Positions 34,480 to 44,289 of a stretch of DNA of 57,783 bases are shown here, one piece after another (positions within the stretch are counted from its first letter, which is position 1; every line of letters begins with the position of its first letter). The translations under genes were made by a program, and so were the position numbers. The stretch is from contig JBHIBD010000004.1 in assembly GCA_046758865.1 (NCBI GenBank), positions 1 through 57,783 of the forward strand, written 5' to 3'. The notes under the pieces are model-generated. The model was not told the DNA's origin and did not search any database. It was given only the letters and a program-made list of their open reading frames with translations. Source of the DNA: Candidatus Brocadiales bacterium (GTDB taxonomy: Bacteria > Planctomycetota > Brocadiia > Brocadiales > Bathyanammoxibiaceae).

Positions 34480-36405
34480 TTAGAGTTTGAGGGCTGCCTC
34501 TGCTCCTTCTGCTACCGCCTCCAGGGCCGTACGGCCCTCACGGGCGTCACCAACGACGTACAGCTCCCTTACTATGCCATTCAGGGGTTCTACCAGGTCA
34601 TTGTTAGGTTTGTGAAGGCTTGCCATAATGATGTTGTCAAATCCCTCCAATTTTTTGTTGCCTTCACGCCTCCTATTTATTACCAGAAATTTAGGCCCTA
34701 TCTCTACAACCTTGGCGCTTGTAAGGATGGTTGCACCACCATTTTTTAGCCTCTCGGATATATGAAAACGGGGATGCGCCACCAAACCGATGCCCAATAT
34801 CCTCCTCATTTCAATGATAGTCACCTTTTTACCCCTTGCCAAAAGGAAGTCACCTAGCTCACAACCTTCAGGGCCGCCCCCTACTATGGCCACGTTCTGG
34901 CCCAATGCGTCAGGTTTGTTAAAGGCCTCCTCTATATCCAGGAAGCTGTTGCTTGTTGTGCCGGGAATATTCAGGAATTCGTCCTTGGAGCCGTAGGCCA
35001 AGATAACTGCGTCTGGGGCAAATTCTTTTATTGTGGCAACATCGGCCTCCTTGTTACACTGCACGTCTTCGGTATACTTTTTCACTTGTTGTATAAGATA
35101 CTCCAGGAACTTGCCCATGCACTCCTTCATGGGGGCCATAGAAGCGTACCGATATTTACCGCCCAGTCTTGAATCCTTTTCCCAGAGCCAGACCCTGTGG
35201 CCACGCTCCCCGGCAGTGGCCGCAGCAGAGAGTCCAGCAGGGCCACCACCCACTACAAGGACACGTTTCGGCTCGGCCTTGGGCATTCCTTCTATTTCCC
35301 ACTCCTTGCCAATATGGGGATTCACGGTACATACCAGTCTATTCTCTACAATACTTTCTATGCAGCGGTTACAGGACACACAGGGCCTAATATCATTGAG
35401 GCGTCCCTCTTTCACCTTCCTAGGAAAGTGAGGGTCTGCAATGAGGGTCCTGCCCATGCTGACCATGTCTGCCTTGCCTTCCTCGAGCACCTTTTCTGCC
35501 ATCTCTGGCCTCTGAATCCGCCCCACTGTAATTACCGGCACCTTTACTGCAGACTTTATGCCTGATGCCAAATGAACAAAGCAACCCTCATCCAGGTAAT
35601 AGCAAGGAATGTTGTAAAGCGCTGATGTGCTATTACATGCCGACACGTGAAGGGCACTTGCGCCGGCACGCTCAAGTATTTTTGCAACGACCTTACTCTC
35701 TTCGAGCTTCAGACCATTGTCCGTATACTCGTCGGCACTTATCCTACAGATAACGGCGAAATCACTGGGCACTTTGGCCCTTATTGCCTCCACTATCTCC
35801 CTGGCAAATCGCGCCCTATTATTGGTGTCGCCAGCGTAGTGGTCCTCCCGTGTGTTAGTCTCTGGGGAAAGGAATTGGTTGACAAGATAACCGTGGGCCA
35901 TATGAACCTCAACGCCGTCTGCCCCCGCACGGAAAACCCTCTCCGCTCCCTGGCTGAATCTCTCGATAATGTCCCCTATCTCCTCTGGGGACAGTTCCCT
36001 GGGCATCGTCCTGGTCAAGGGACTGGGGATGGCGGAGGGTGCGACTGGCTCAATACCTGTGTAGAATGTGAGGGCCTCCTTACCCGCATGGTTTAGTTGA
36101 ACAACTATCTTGCCGCCCACCTTATGTATCTCATCTACAAGGCGCCTCATACCGTCGATATATTTATCATCGTGGATGCACAGCATGCCGTCGTTGATTC
36201 TACCAGCGGGGTCTACGGAGACATTTTCAACTGTCACATATCCAAGTCCACCCTTCGCCCTTTCACGGTAGTAGGATATGACCTCATCAGTTACGAAGCC
36301 TTCCTTGTCACAGAGATGGGTCTCCATCGCTGGCAGTACAATGCGGTTTTTCACCTCCATGGAACCTATACGGAAAGGGCTAAAAAGCCTGGGAAATGAC
36401 TCCAT
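34480..36405 (-). CDS. OYE-type FMN oxidoreductase fused to an FAD/NAD(P)-binding domain (2,4-dienoyl-CoA reductase-like)
   Basis: N-terminal old-yellow-enzyme TIM barrel (NRIVLPAM...HMAHGYL). Cys cluster CVSCNRCIESIVENRLVCTVNP. Two Rossmann motifs VVGGGPAGL and IVGGGPEG. Confidence 0.85.
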   Translation of the reverse strand: MESFPRLFSPFRIGSMEVKNRIVLPAMETHLCDKEGFVTDEVISYYRERAKGGLGYVTVENVSVDPAGRINDGMLCIHDDKYIDGMRRLVDEIHKVGGKIVVQLNHAGKEALTFYTGIEPVAPSAIPSPLTRTMPRELSPEEIGDIIERFSQGAERVFRAGADGVEVHMAHGYLVNQFLSPETNTREDHYAGDTNNRARFAREIVEAIRAKVPSDFAVICRISADEYTDNGLKLEESKVVAKILERAGASALHVSACNSTSALYNIPCYYLDEGCFVHLASGIKSAVKVPVITVGRIQRPEMAEKVLEEGKADMVSMGRTLIADPHFPRKVKEGRLNDIRPCVSCNRCIESIVENRLVCTVNPHIGKEWEIEGMPKAEPKRVLVVGGGPAGLSAAATAGERGHRVWLWEKDSRLGGKYRYASMAPMKECMGKFLEYLIQQVKKYTEDVQCNKEADVATIKEFAPDAVILAYGSKDEFLNIPGTTSNSFLDIEEAFNKPDALGQNVAIVGGGPEGCELGDFLLARGKKVTIIEMRRILGIGLVAHPRFHISERLKNGGATILTSAKVVEIGPKFLVINRRREGNKKLEGFDNIIMASLHKPNNDLVEPLNGIVRELYVVGDAREGRTALEAVAEGAEAALKL

Positions 36406-36419
36406 AATTCTCCTTTCTC

Positions 36420-37577
36420 CTAAACTCCAACACAGTCCTCTGACCTTGCCTCTGCCATTCGCCAGTCGCTGCCAAATCTGCCACTGGGCCTGATTATCTC
36501 TCTATAAAGCGTGTCCCTCTCTACCGGCCTGCGCCCTGCCTCTTCAATGAGTCTTACTATCTCCGCTACTGACAACTCCTCTGGCGTATCGGCTCCTGCC
36601 GAATGGGTTATTCTCTCCTCCACCACAGTGCCATCTATGTCGTCCACACCAAAGCTTAATGATATTTGAGCAAGCTTTACACCTAGCATAATCCAGAAGG
36701 CCTTTATATGTGGAAAATTATCCAGCATCAGTCTGCTAATCGCAAGGGCCTTGAGGTCTAGGGCAGCTGTAGTGCGTGGATGTCCCTCCAGAAATGTGTT
36801 ATCGGAGTGGAACGCAAGGGGGATAAAGCTCATAAACCCACCTGTCTCGTCTTGAAGCCTGCGGAGCTCAAGGTGGTGGTCAACCCGCTCCTCGGCCGTC
36901 TCAAGGTGCCCGTAGAGCATGGTGGCGTTACTCTTCAAACCAAGCTGGTGTGCTTGACGCATAACTTCTAACCAGTCTTCACCCTTTAACTTGTCAGGAC
37001 ACAGCTCCTTCCTCACCCTCGAGGAAAAGACCTCGGCCCCTCCCCCTGGTATTGACCCCAAGCCTGCCTCCCTCAGCGCCACCAGGGTATCCCTTACCGA
37101 AAGGCCTGCCCTCTCAGCCAAGTGGGCAATCTCTACTGCCGTAAAGGCCTGGAGATGCACCTGGGGATAACGTTTATGGAGTCTGCCGAGCATCTCAAGA
37201 TAGTAATCAAACTCCAGCTTTGGATGCAGCCCGCCGACTATGTGTATCTCTGTAGCCCCTTGGTCCACCACACCGTCTGCCTCATTCAGGACATCGTCCA
37301 TGGTCATGACGTAGCTGCCTTCCTCGTCCTCCTCCTTAGAGAATGCACAGAATCTGCACTGGTTTTTACAGATGTTGGTATAGTTTATGTGGCGGTTTAC
37401 CACGTAAAAGGTTTTATCTCCACTCCTGCGCTCCCTCACAATATTGGCCATGTGACCAATTTGAAGGATATCATTTGACGCATATAGCCTGAGCCCGTCC
37501 TCCCGACTTAACCTTTTACCATCAATTACCTTATTATAGATATCGCGGAGACTGGATGAATTAAGTACCTTCTCCAT
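36420..37577 (-). CDS. MqnE/MqnC-type radical SAM enzyme (menaquinone via futalosine)
   Basis: NRHINYTNICKNQCRFCAF radical SAM cluster in the CofH/MqnC/MqnE context; 385 aa. I cannot separate MqnE from MqnC by eye. Confidence 0.8.
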   Translation of the reverse strand: MEKVLNSSSLRDIYNKVIDGKRLSREDGLRLYASNDILQIGHMANIVRERRSGDKTFYVVNRHINYTNICKNQCRFCAFSKEEDEEGSYVMTMDDVLNEADGVVDQGATEIHIVGGLHPKLEFDYYLEMLGRLHKRYPQVHLQAFTAVEIAHLAERAGLSVRDTLVALREAGLGSIPGGGAEVFSSRVRKELCPDKLKGEDWLEVMRQAHQLGLKSNATMLYGHLETAEERVDHHLELRRLQDETGGFMSFIPLAFHSDNTFLEGHPRTTAALDLKALAISRLMLDNFPHIKAFWIMLGVKLAQISLSFGVDDIDGTVVEERITHSAGADTPEELSVAEIVRLIEEAGRRPVERDTLYREIIRPSGRFGSDWRMAEARSEDCVGV

Positions 37578-37655
37578 ACCTCTTCCTTATAACAAAATTC
37601 TCAAGAAGAATTTTTGAAAAATATCAGATAATCGCTGCAAAATCAAGGTAATACC

Positions 37656-37705
37656 TGTGCCCTGCGCCTGGCACGGAGACCGTTCGGCCGAAGCCAGACG
37701 CTACA
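37656..37705. repeat. truncated B-type module carrying an inserted palindrome
   Basis: gtgcc...ggcac 37657-37674, then cggagacc[gttcggccgaagc]cagacgctaca. The same arm without the insert is at 2311-2327. Confidence 0.7.
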
Positions 37706-37766
37706 ATATACACAAATTTATTTGATAAAATCTGCACTATAAACTAAAATTAACTTTATCGTTATC

Positions 37767-39068
37767 ATGGACATAGAAGAGGCAAAAAAAGAGATTGCAA
37801 AATGCTCAAAGTGCGGTAAGTGCCGCTCGGTCTGCCCAGTGTTTCTGGAGACTGGGGACGAGACACGCGTAGCCAGGGGCAGGATAAGCCTGGCAGAGGC
37901 CATATTCCAGGGAGAGATTTACTACAGCCCCGAGCTAAGAGACTATATATATTCGTGCAAGAAATGCCTGCGGTGTCAGGCAGTTTGCCCTTCCGGGGTA
38001 GACTTCAGCGCGATTATGGACGCACTTCTGGAAGGGATAGAACAGAATATGGGCATACCGCCCGTAGCCCGGCTTGTCCTCAGACATCTACTCCCCAGGC
38101 GAGGCCTGTTTGACCTTGCACTAAGCATCGCCTCCTTCGGCCAAAGATTTATCCCCGGCGAGCGGCGGGGGACACTGAGGCACCTGCCACTATTCTTCAT
38201 GGGTAAGAGATGGGTACCGTCCCTGGCCAGACAAACTGTGCTAAATAAACACAGGCGTACAAAGAAACTCGCCAACCCAAAGATGCGGGTAGGGTTCTTC
38301 GTGGGCTGTCTAACGAACTACGTATACCCCAATATGGCAGACTCCCTCATAAATGTACTCAACATGCTAGACATTGAGGTAGTTGTACCTTCTCAACAGG
38401 TATGCTGTGGCATTCCTGCCAAGTCTCTGGGAGACACGACCGCAGCCAAGAAGCTGGCAGAGAAGAACAGGGCAGTATTTGAGGCTGAGGACTTGGACGC
38501 CATCGTGTCTGGCTGCGGCACCTGCACCCTTACGATAAAGAGGGACTACCTCAAGATGTTGGGCGACTCCTGGAGACCCATGTATGACAAAATCTACGAC
38601 ATCAATGTATTCCTCGAAAAATTTACCCAATACGAAACCATTCCTTTAGACTCCACGGTCACCTACCATGACCCCTGTCACCTCCGCTGGGGTCAGGGCA
38701 TCATTAAAGAACCAAGGAACGTAATCAAACGATGCGCCACATTTAAAGAGATGGAGTCCCCTGAGAGGTGCTGCGGTGGAGGGGGCATCTTCAGCCTTAT
38801 ATACCGTGACCTCTCCATGATGATTGGTGACCACAAGATAAAATCCGTAGAAAGGTCTGGTGCGGAAAAGGTGGTAACATCTTGCCCCGGCTGCATGCTT
38901 CAACTTTCAGACCTTGCTGCCTCCAAGAACCTGCCTATAGAGACACTTCACGTCGTAGAACTCCTCGACAGGACACTTAAGGAAAACGGCAAAAAAGATG
39001 TGACCATTGAAGAAAAGGCAGGGGTTGGAGCCTATAGTTTCAAACAGGGTATTGGGCCCACGGGGTAG
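37767..39068 (+). CDS. GlcF/HdrD-like Fe-S protein (two 4Fe-4S motifs plus two CCG domains)
   Basis: [12 protein letters not shown] and [12 protein letters not shown] ferredoxin motifs. Two Cys-rich CCG-type regions (VGCLTNY...CCG, DPCHL...CCGGGG). Confidence 0.8.
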   Translation: MDIEEAKKEIAKCSKCGKCRSVCPVFLETGDETRVARGRISLAEAIFQGEIYYSPELRDYIYSCKKCLRCQAVCPSGVDFSAIMDALLEGIEQNMGIPPVARLVLRHLLPRRGLFDLALSIASFGQRFIPGERRGTLRHLPLFFMGKRWVPSLARQTVLNKHRRTKKLANPKMRVGFFVGCLTNYVYPNMADSLINVLNMLDIEVVVPSQQVCCGIPAKSLGDTTAAKKLAEKNRAVFEAEDLDAIVSGCGTCTLTIKRDYLKMLGDSWRPMYDKIYDINVFLEKFTQYETIPLDSTVTYHDPCHLRWGQGIIKEPRNVIKRCATFKEMESPERCCGGGGIFSLIYRDLSMMIGDHKIKSVERSGAEKVVTSCPGCMLQLSDLAASKNLPIETLHVVELLDRTLKENGKKDVTIEEKAGVGAYSFKQGIGPTG

Positions 39069-39072
39069 GATG

Positions 39073-39142
39073 TCCGCCTCAGGCAGACGCTCTCACGTTT
39101 GATTGTCTTTGTCATTGCGAGGGCTACGCCCCTCACAATGAC
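39073..39142. repeat. imperfect hairpin plus A-type palindromic module
   Basis: gtccgcc-tca-ggcagac 39073-39089. gtcattgcgaggg / cccctcacaatgac 39111-39123 / 39129-39142 (one mismatch). Confidence 0.75.
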
Positions 39143-39214
39143 AACATGGTATCAAGGCAACTTCCACAGAGGTCTTTAGTCAGGCATTATCTCAGTACAC
39201 ATTTCCCGGAAAAA

Positions 39215-39622
39215 ATGCTCATGCACGATAAAGAAGTCATTTCTACCACAAATGCACCACAGGCCATCGGCCCATATTCCCAGGGCATCCGCACAGGCCC
39301 CCTTGTCTTTGTCTCCGGCCAGATACCCATCAATCCTGTCACAGGAAATGTCGTCGAAGGCGACATACGTACACAAACCCGCCAGGTCCTTGAGAACATT
39401 AAAGGTGTACTAGAAGCTGCTGGCTCATCACTGGAGGGTGTGGTAAAGACCACCATATTTCTGGCAAGTATAGAGGACTATGGAGCAGTAAACGAGGTGT
39501 ACGCCGAATTCTTCAAGGACTCCAGACCCGCACGCTCGACCGTCGAGGCCGCAAGGCTTCCGAAGGGCGTGGGCGTGGAGATTGAGGCCATTGCCACGGC
39601 AGATACCAGGAGCAAGACATGA
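39215..39622 (+). CDS. ridA: RidA/YjgF-family reactive-intermediate deaminase
   Basis: [11 protein letters not shown]...VFVSGQIP...[25 protein letters not shown] 39215 is preferred to the longer ORF start 39146. Confidence 0.85.
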   Translation: MLMHDKEVISTTNAPQAIGPYSQGIRTGPLVFVSGQIPINPVTGNVVEGDIRTQTRQVLENIKGVLEAAGSSLEGVVKTTIFLASIEDYGAVNEVYAEFFKDSRPARSTVEAARLPKGVGVEIEAIATADTRSKT

Positions 39623-40521
39623 TACTGGTCACAGGTGGAACAGGTTTTGTCGGACGCAATATCATAAGGAGACTGTCCCAAGAAGAGGGGCAAAAGATAA
39701 GATGCCTTGTAAGAAAGGCCTCGCGCCGATACGCGCTGGAAGGACTTGATGTAGAATTTTTTGAAGGAGATATAACCTCCCCAGAGACACTGGACGGGGC
39801 AATGAAGGGTGTAGAGGTGGTTATCCATATCGTAGGCATCATAAGGGAGATTCCCCCTGAGGTGACATTCGAGAGGATACACTCGGAGGGTACTACAAAC
39901 GTGGTGGAGGCCAGTAAAAGGGCCGGGGTAAAGAAATTCGTCCATATGAGTGCCATGGGCGCTCGGCAAGATGCACCAAGCCGCTACCACACCACCAAAT
40001 GGTTGGGTGAGCAAGCCGTCCGTTCAAGCGGCATCCCCTTCGTCATATTCCGACCATCTATAATATGTGGCAGAGACGATGAGTTTGTGAACATGTTTGC
40101 CCAAATAATCAGGCAGACATGGTTTCTGCCCATCTTCAATGTCATAGGCTCGGGCAAGGTAAAGATGCAGCCCATCTATGTAGGGGACGTGGCGCACTGT
40201 TTTGCAAAGGCTGCCATCAGCGAGAATCATACGGCAAACAAGACCTACGACCTGGGCGGACCAGAACAATTATCTATAGACGAGATAATAGACACCATTA
40301 TCAAGGTAATGGGCGCATGGAAGATAAAGGTTCACATGCCTCTCACTGCCGCATGGCCCATGGCCTATATGATGGAGAAATCTTGTACGAAACCCATGCT
40401 CACCCGCGAACAACTCATCATGTTAAGGAGTGACAACGTAGGGGATATAACGGACATGAAGAGAGACTTTGAACTGGAGCCCATGAAATTCGAGGATGCC
40501 ATCAGAACCTATCTGGGCTAG
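39619..40521 (+). CDS. NAD(P)-binding SDR (NDUFA9 / NmrA-like, atypical short-chain dehydrogenase)
   Basis: [18 protein letters not shown] Rossmann motif. ATGA start/stop overlap with ridA. Confidence 0.8.
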   Translation: MILVTGGTGFVGRNIIRRLSQEEGQKIRCLVRKASRRYALEGLDVEFFEGDITSPETLDGAMKGVEVVIHIVGIIREIPPEVTFERIHSEGTTNVVEASKRAGVKKFVHMSAMGARQDAPSRYHTTKWLGEQAVRSSGIPFVIFRPSIICGRDDEFVNMFAQIIRQTWFLPIFNVIGSGKVKMQPIYVGDVAHCFAKAAISENHTANKTYDLGGPEQLSIDEIIDTIIKVMGAWKIKVHMPLTAAWPMAYMMEKSCTKPMLTREQLIMLRSDNVGDITDMKRDFELEPMKFEDAIRTYLG

Positions 40522-41576
40522 ACTATATCCACCCTGCGGTTACCCTTTATGACCTTCCCTATGACTACAGCATCCTGACCCTCTGAGCGGAGCATACGTA
40601 TTATTGAGTCCTCATAATAGTCCTTCACGATAAGCACCATGCCCATGCCCATATTGAATACACGGAACATCTCGGCTTCTGGTATGGCTCCCTGCTGCTT
40701 AACCAGCCCAAAGATTGGGTGGGGTGTCCAGCTCCTTTTTTCTATCCTAACCGATGTACCGGGCGGCAGGATGCGCGGTATATTACCAGCAAAACTTCCC
40801 CCCGTAATATGGGCAACCCCCTTTATCACACCTTTCACCTTATAGTGCCCCAGCACCTTCTTCAATGCCTTGGCGTATATCCTTGTAGGTCTCAGCAACT
40901 CCTCCCCCAGCGTAACACCAAGCTCTTCAACCTTCTGCCCAACAGGCCACTTCTGCTCTTGGAAAAAGACTTTCCGCACAAGTGAAAACCCGTTGCTGTG
41001 CAACCCACTCGAGAAAAGGCCCACCACCACATCTCCTGGTGCTATAGTCTTGCCGAGTATGAGTTTTTTCTTCTCCTTAACCCCCACTGCAAACCCGGCG
41101 AGGTCGTACTCATTATTACGATAAAAACCGACCATCTCGGCGGTCTCGCCCCCAAGCAGGGCGCATCCGGCCTCCTTGCATCCGGCCACAATGCCACTTA
41201 TAACCTCACGCAGCCTGGAAGGGACCACCTTGCTGGATGCAACATAGTCGAGAAAGAAGAGGGGTTCAGCACCCAGGGTCAAGATATCGTTCACGCACAT
41301 GGCCACCAGGTCTATGCCAACCGTATCATGCTTGTCCATCATAAAGGCTATCTTGAGCTTTGTGCCAACACCGTCGGCTGAGGCCACCAGTACGGGTTGG
41401 CGGTACTTCTTGAAGAGGCGGTCTTCGTAATGCAGGCTAAAGAGTCCGCTAAAGCCACCCGGACACTCAATAACCCTTGGACTAAAGGTCTTTCGCATAT
41501 CCGCGTGTATGTCCCCGGTGAATTTCTCCTTGGTGGGTATATCTACTCCAGCATCTTTGTAAGACATCGAGGGCAT
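40518..41576 (-). CDS. purM: phosphoribosylformylglycinamidine cyclo-ligase (AIR synthase)
   Basis: SYKDAGVDI N-terminus, DGVGTKL, LVAMCVNDI, GGETAEM blocks. Confidence 0.95.
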   Translation of the reverse strand: MPSMSYKDAGVDIPTKEKFTGDIHADMRKTFSPRVIECPGGFSGLFSLHYEDRLFKKYRQPVLVASADGVGTKLKIAFMMDKHDTVGIDLVAMCVNDILTLGAEPLFFLDYVASSKVVPSRLREVISGIVAGCKEAGCALLGGETAEMVGFYRNNEYDLAGFAVGVKEKKKLILGKTIAPGDVVVGLFSSGLHSNGFSLVRKVFFQEQKWPVGQKVEELGVTLGEELLRPTRIYAKALKKVLGHYKVKGVIKGVAHITGGSFAGNIPRILPPGTSVRIEKRSWTPHPIFGLVKQQGAIPEAEMFRVFNMGMGMVLIVKDYYEDSIIRMLRSEGQDAVVIGKVIKGNRRVDIV

Positions 41577-41635
41577 GGCCAGACCTTTTTAGAGGTTGTG
41601 CGGTGAGATAAAGGTTTTACGTTGCGAAGCAAAAC

Positions 41636-43051
41636 CTATACTACAATGATGTGTTCTCCGGCCTTTTCTTCCCACTCTTCCGAGACCTCTGGGGCCTTCT
41701 TAATCAACTCTGCCGGCACAGGGTATTTACCTGCAAAACATGCGACACAGTAGTCCTTAGGGGAGGAGGTGCAGCTCAAAAGGCCCTCAATGCTAAGGTA
41801 GCCCATGCTGTCCACTGCCAGGAACTCAGTTATCTCCTCTAAGGGACGGGTGGCCGCTATAAGCTCCTCCTTAATCTGAAAATCAATCCCATAATAACAC
41901 GGATGACGGTGTGGTGGGCAGCTAATCCTTACATGAATCTCCTTTGCACCAGCCTTTCGCAATAGCCCGAATCGGCTTTTAGAGGTGGTACCTCGTACAA
42001 TTGAGTCATCCACCACTGCCACCCTCTTACCACTTACCACATCTGATATGGCGTTAAGTTTAATCTCCACCTTCTGATGTCGTTGTTCGACCTGCGGTTG
42101 GATAAAGGTGCGGCCAACATAATGGTTGCGCACGAAGCCTCGATCCAAAGGAATTCCAGATGCCTGTGAATAACCCATGGCTGCCGAATTCCCTCCCTCA
42201 GGTACAGGGACCACTATGTCAGCCTCCGCTGGACACTCCTCTGCAAGCTTGGTGCCCAAGCGCTTGCGAAAAAGATGGACATTTTCCCCGTATATTATGC
42301 TATCCGGCCTGGAAAAGTATATTAGCTCAAAGATGCAATAGGACGGGTCTGCAGGGGCAAAGGTCTCTGTCCTCAAACCATTTTTATCGATATAAATTAT
42401 CTCCCCAGGAGAGACTTCTCTAAGACATTCTGCCCCAATCTGGTCAAGGGCACAGCTCTCTGAGGTCACGGCGTAGCCATCCTTCAGCTTACCAATGCAT
42501 AAGGGTCTGAAACCATTGGGGTCCCTGGCGGCAATCATCTCTCCCGGCGTAAGGATTAAAAGAGAGAAAGCGCCCTTCAGGTCACTGAGCAGGCCAGAAA
42601 GGTTCTCACGGTATTCGGGTTTCGCCATAAGATGCAGAATCACCTCGCTGTCACTGGTGGTCTGAAATACGGCGCCCCCTCTTTCAAGGGCCATTCTAAG
42701 CGATGTGGCATTAACCAATTGGCCATTGTGCGCAACTGCCACCTGACCTCTCGAGTACTCGGCCACCAAGGGTTGAGCGTTCTGCCGCTCGCTCTTGCCA
42801 ACGGTAGAATAACGAATGTGTCCTATGGCAGCGTAGTTCCTCAGACGCTTAAGTTCCTGTGAGTTGAAGACGTTACAGACCAGCCCCATCCCCTTGTGCC
42901 AAACCATACTGCTGCCGTCTGTAGAAGCTATGCCAGCGCTCTCCTCACCACGATGCTGGAGGGAATAAAGCCCATAGTAAACCTTCTCCACGGCGTCCGG
43001 AGTCCCATAGACACCAAAGAGCCCGCACTCGTGCTTCAACTCGCCCATCAC
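41636..43051 (-). CDS. purF: amidophosphoribosyltransferase (4Fe-4S type with short propeptide)
   Basis: MMGELKHE-CGLFGVYG (Ntn catalytic Cys after a propeptide), HRGEESAGI, PRPP loop VVDDSIVRGTT. Cys ligands include CYYGIDF and CVACFAGKYP. Confidence 0.95.
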   Translation of the reverse strand: MMGELKHECGLFGVYGTPDAVEKVYYGLYSLQHRGEESAGIASTDGSSMVWHKGMGLVCNVFNSQELKRLRNYAAIGHIRYSTVGKSERQNAQPLVAEYSRGQVAVAHNGQLVNATSLRMALERGGAVFQTTSDSEVILHLMAKPEYRENLSGLLSDLKGAFSLLILTPGEMIAARDPNGFRPLCIGKLKDGYAVTSESCALDQIGAECLREVSPGEIIYIDKNGLRTETFAPADPSYCIFELIYFSRPDSIIYGENVHLFRKRLGTKLAEECPAEADIVVPVPEGGNSAAMGYSQASGIPLDRGFVRNHYVGRTFIQPQVEQRHQKVEIKLNAISDVVSGKRVAVVDDSIVRGTTSKSRFGLLRKAGAKEIHVRISCPPHRHPCYYGIDFQIKEELIAATRPLEEITEFLAVDSMGYLSIEGLLSCTSSPKDYCVACFAGKYPVPAELIKKAPEVSEEWEEKAGEHIIVV

Positions 43052-43338
43052 ACGGTTATCCCCTATTGAGACTAATTGTCACCTTCCAGCCAAACTATCA
43101 ACAAAAAGGTAGGGTCAGATAGGTATGCCTCATGCGCGAAGATTATTGGAGTCCCTATAAGTAAGACCATTATAACACCCTCACACTATCAGTCAATAAC
43201 ATCTCTCATGATAAATACTCAAATAACTGTAGTTAGAACAGTTAAAAGGGTCGGGTCTGGCCCCCTACACCACCAGAGCCAGGTCGCAGTCCCCTCTACC
43301 GTGCCACTTCATTGAAAAAGTTACGGATGCGAAAGGTG

Positions 43339-43367
43339 TTGACAAGAGGTTATTTATGTTGTATTAG
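43339..43367 (+). promoter_or_regulatory. candidate sigma70 promoter (TTGACA-17-TATTAG) for the tyrA-purL operon
   Basis: ttgaca 43339-43344, tattag 43362-43367, followed by an AT-rich leader and SD ggggtgg. Confidence 0.35.
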
Positions 43368-43408
43368 CATAGGACTTTTTTTTATAATTAATTTTTTAAC
43401 CCTATGGG

Positions 43409-44287
43409 GTGGCTATGGTAAGGAAGAAGGTAAATAATCTTGGCATTGTTTCCATCGTCGGACCCGGTCTCATAGGTGGGTCCATCGGACTCGGCCTCAA
43501 GAAGAATGGACTTGCCAAATCCGTAATAGGTGTAGGCCACCGCCAGGTATCCTTGAAGAAGGCCCTTAAGATGGGGGCCATTGACCGGGCCACTCTGGAC
43601 GTGAGGAAGGGCGTACGTGATGCAGATATAGTAATCCTATGCACATCTGTACGGCTTATCCCCGAGATGGCCGCCAAGGCTATCCCTGCAATGAAGCCAG
43701 GGGCCATCCTCACCGATGTTGGCAGTACCAAGCGCCGTGTAGTAGAGTTTGTCAAGGCCATAAAAAGAAAGGATATCGCTTTTATCGGTGGACATCCTAT
43801 TGCTGGTTCTGAGCAGAGGGGCATCGGGGCCGCAAGGCATGACCTCTTTAAGGGGTGTATCTGCATACTTACACCTACCAACTGGAACACACGTGCACTC
43901 CAGACAATAAAATCCCTGTGGCGGGGTCTTGGTGCCAAGGTACACCTTCTATCCCCAGACGAACACGACCAAACCCTTGCATCTACCAGTCACCTGCCGC
44001 TACTCCTGGCCGCCTCCCTAGTAAACACTGTGGGGGCCAAAAAGTTCCCATACTCTGGACCAGGATTCCGCGACATGACCAGGATAGCATCCAGCGACCC
44101 TGGACTCTGGCGCGACATATTGCTCCAGAACCGTCGTGAGGTCCTGGAGGCCCTGGCATTATTCCAAAAAGAGCTACGCTCCCTAAAATCCACAATATAC
44201 GAAAGAAAGTCAGAAAAACTTTCTTCCAGGCTCATGCGCGCCAAACGCCTAAGGGACGCTATCCCCAATAACCCCAACAATTCTTAG
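43409..44287 (+). CDS. tyrA: prephenate/arogenate dehydrogenase
   Basis: Rossmann VSIVGPGLIGGSIGLGL, GGHPIAGSE catalytic block, SHLPLLLA. Confidence 0.85.
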   Translation: MAMVRKKVNNLGIVSIVGPGLIGGSIGLGLKKNGLAKSVIGVGHRQVSLKKALKMGAIDRATLDVRKGVRDADIVILCTSVRLIPEMAAKAIPAMKPGAILTDVGSTKRRVVEFVKAIKRKDIAFIGGHPIAGSEQRGIGAARHDLFKGCICILTPTNWNTRALQTIKSLWRGLGAKVHLLSPDEHDQTLASTSHLPLLLAASLVNTVGAKKFPYSGPGFRDMTRIASSDPGLWRDILLQNRREVLEALALFQKELRSLKSTIYERKSEKLSSRLMRAKRLRDAIPNNPNNS

Positions 44288-44289
44288 CT

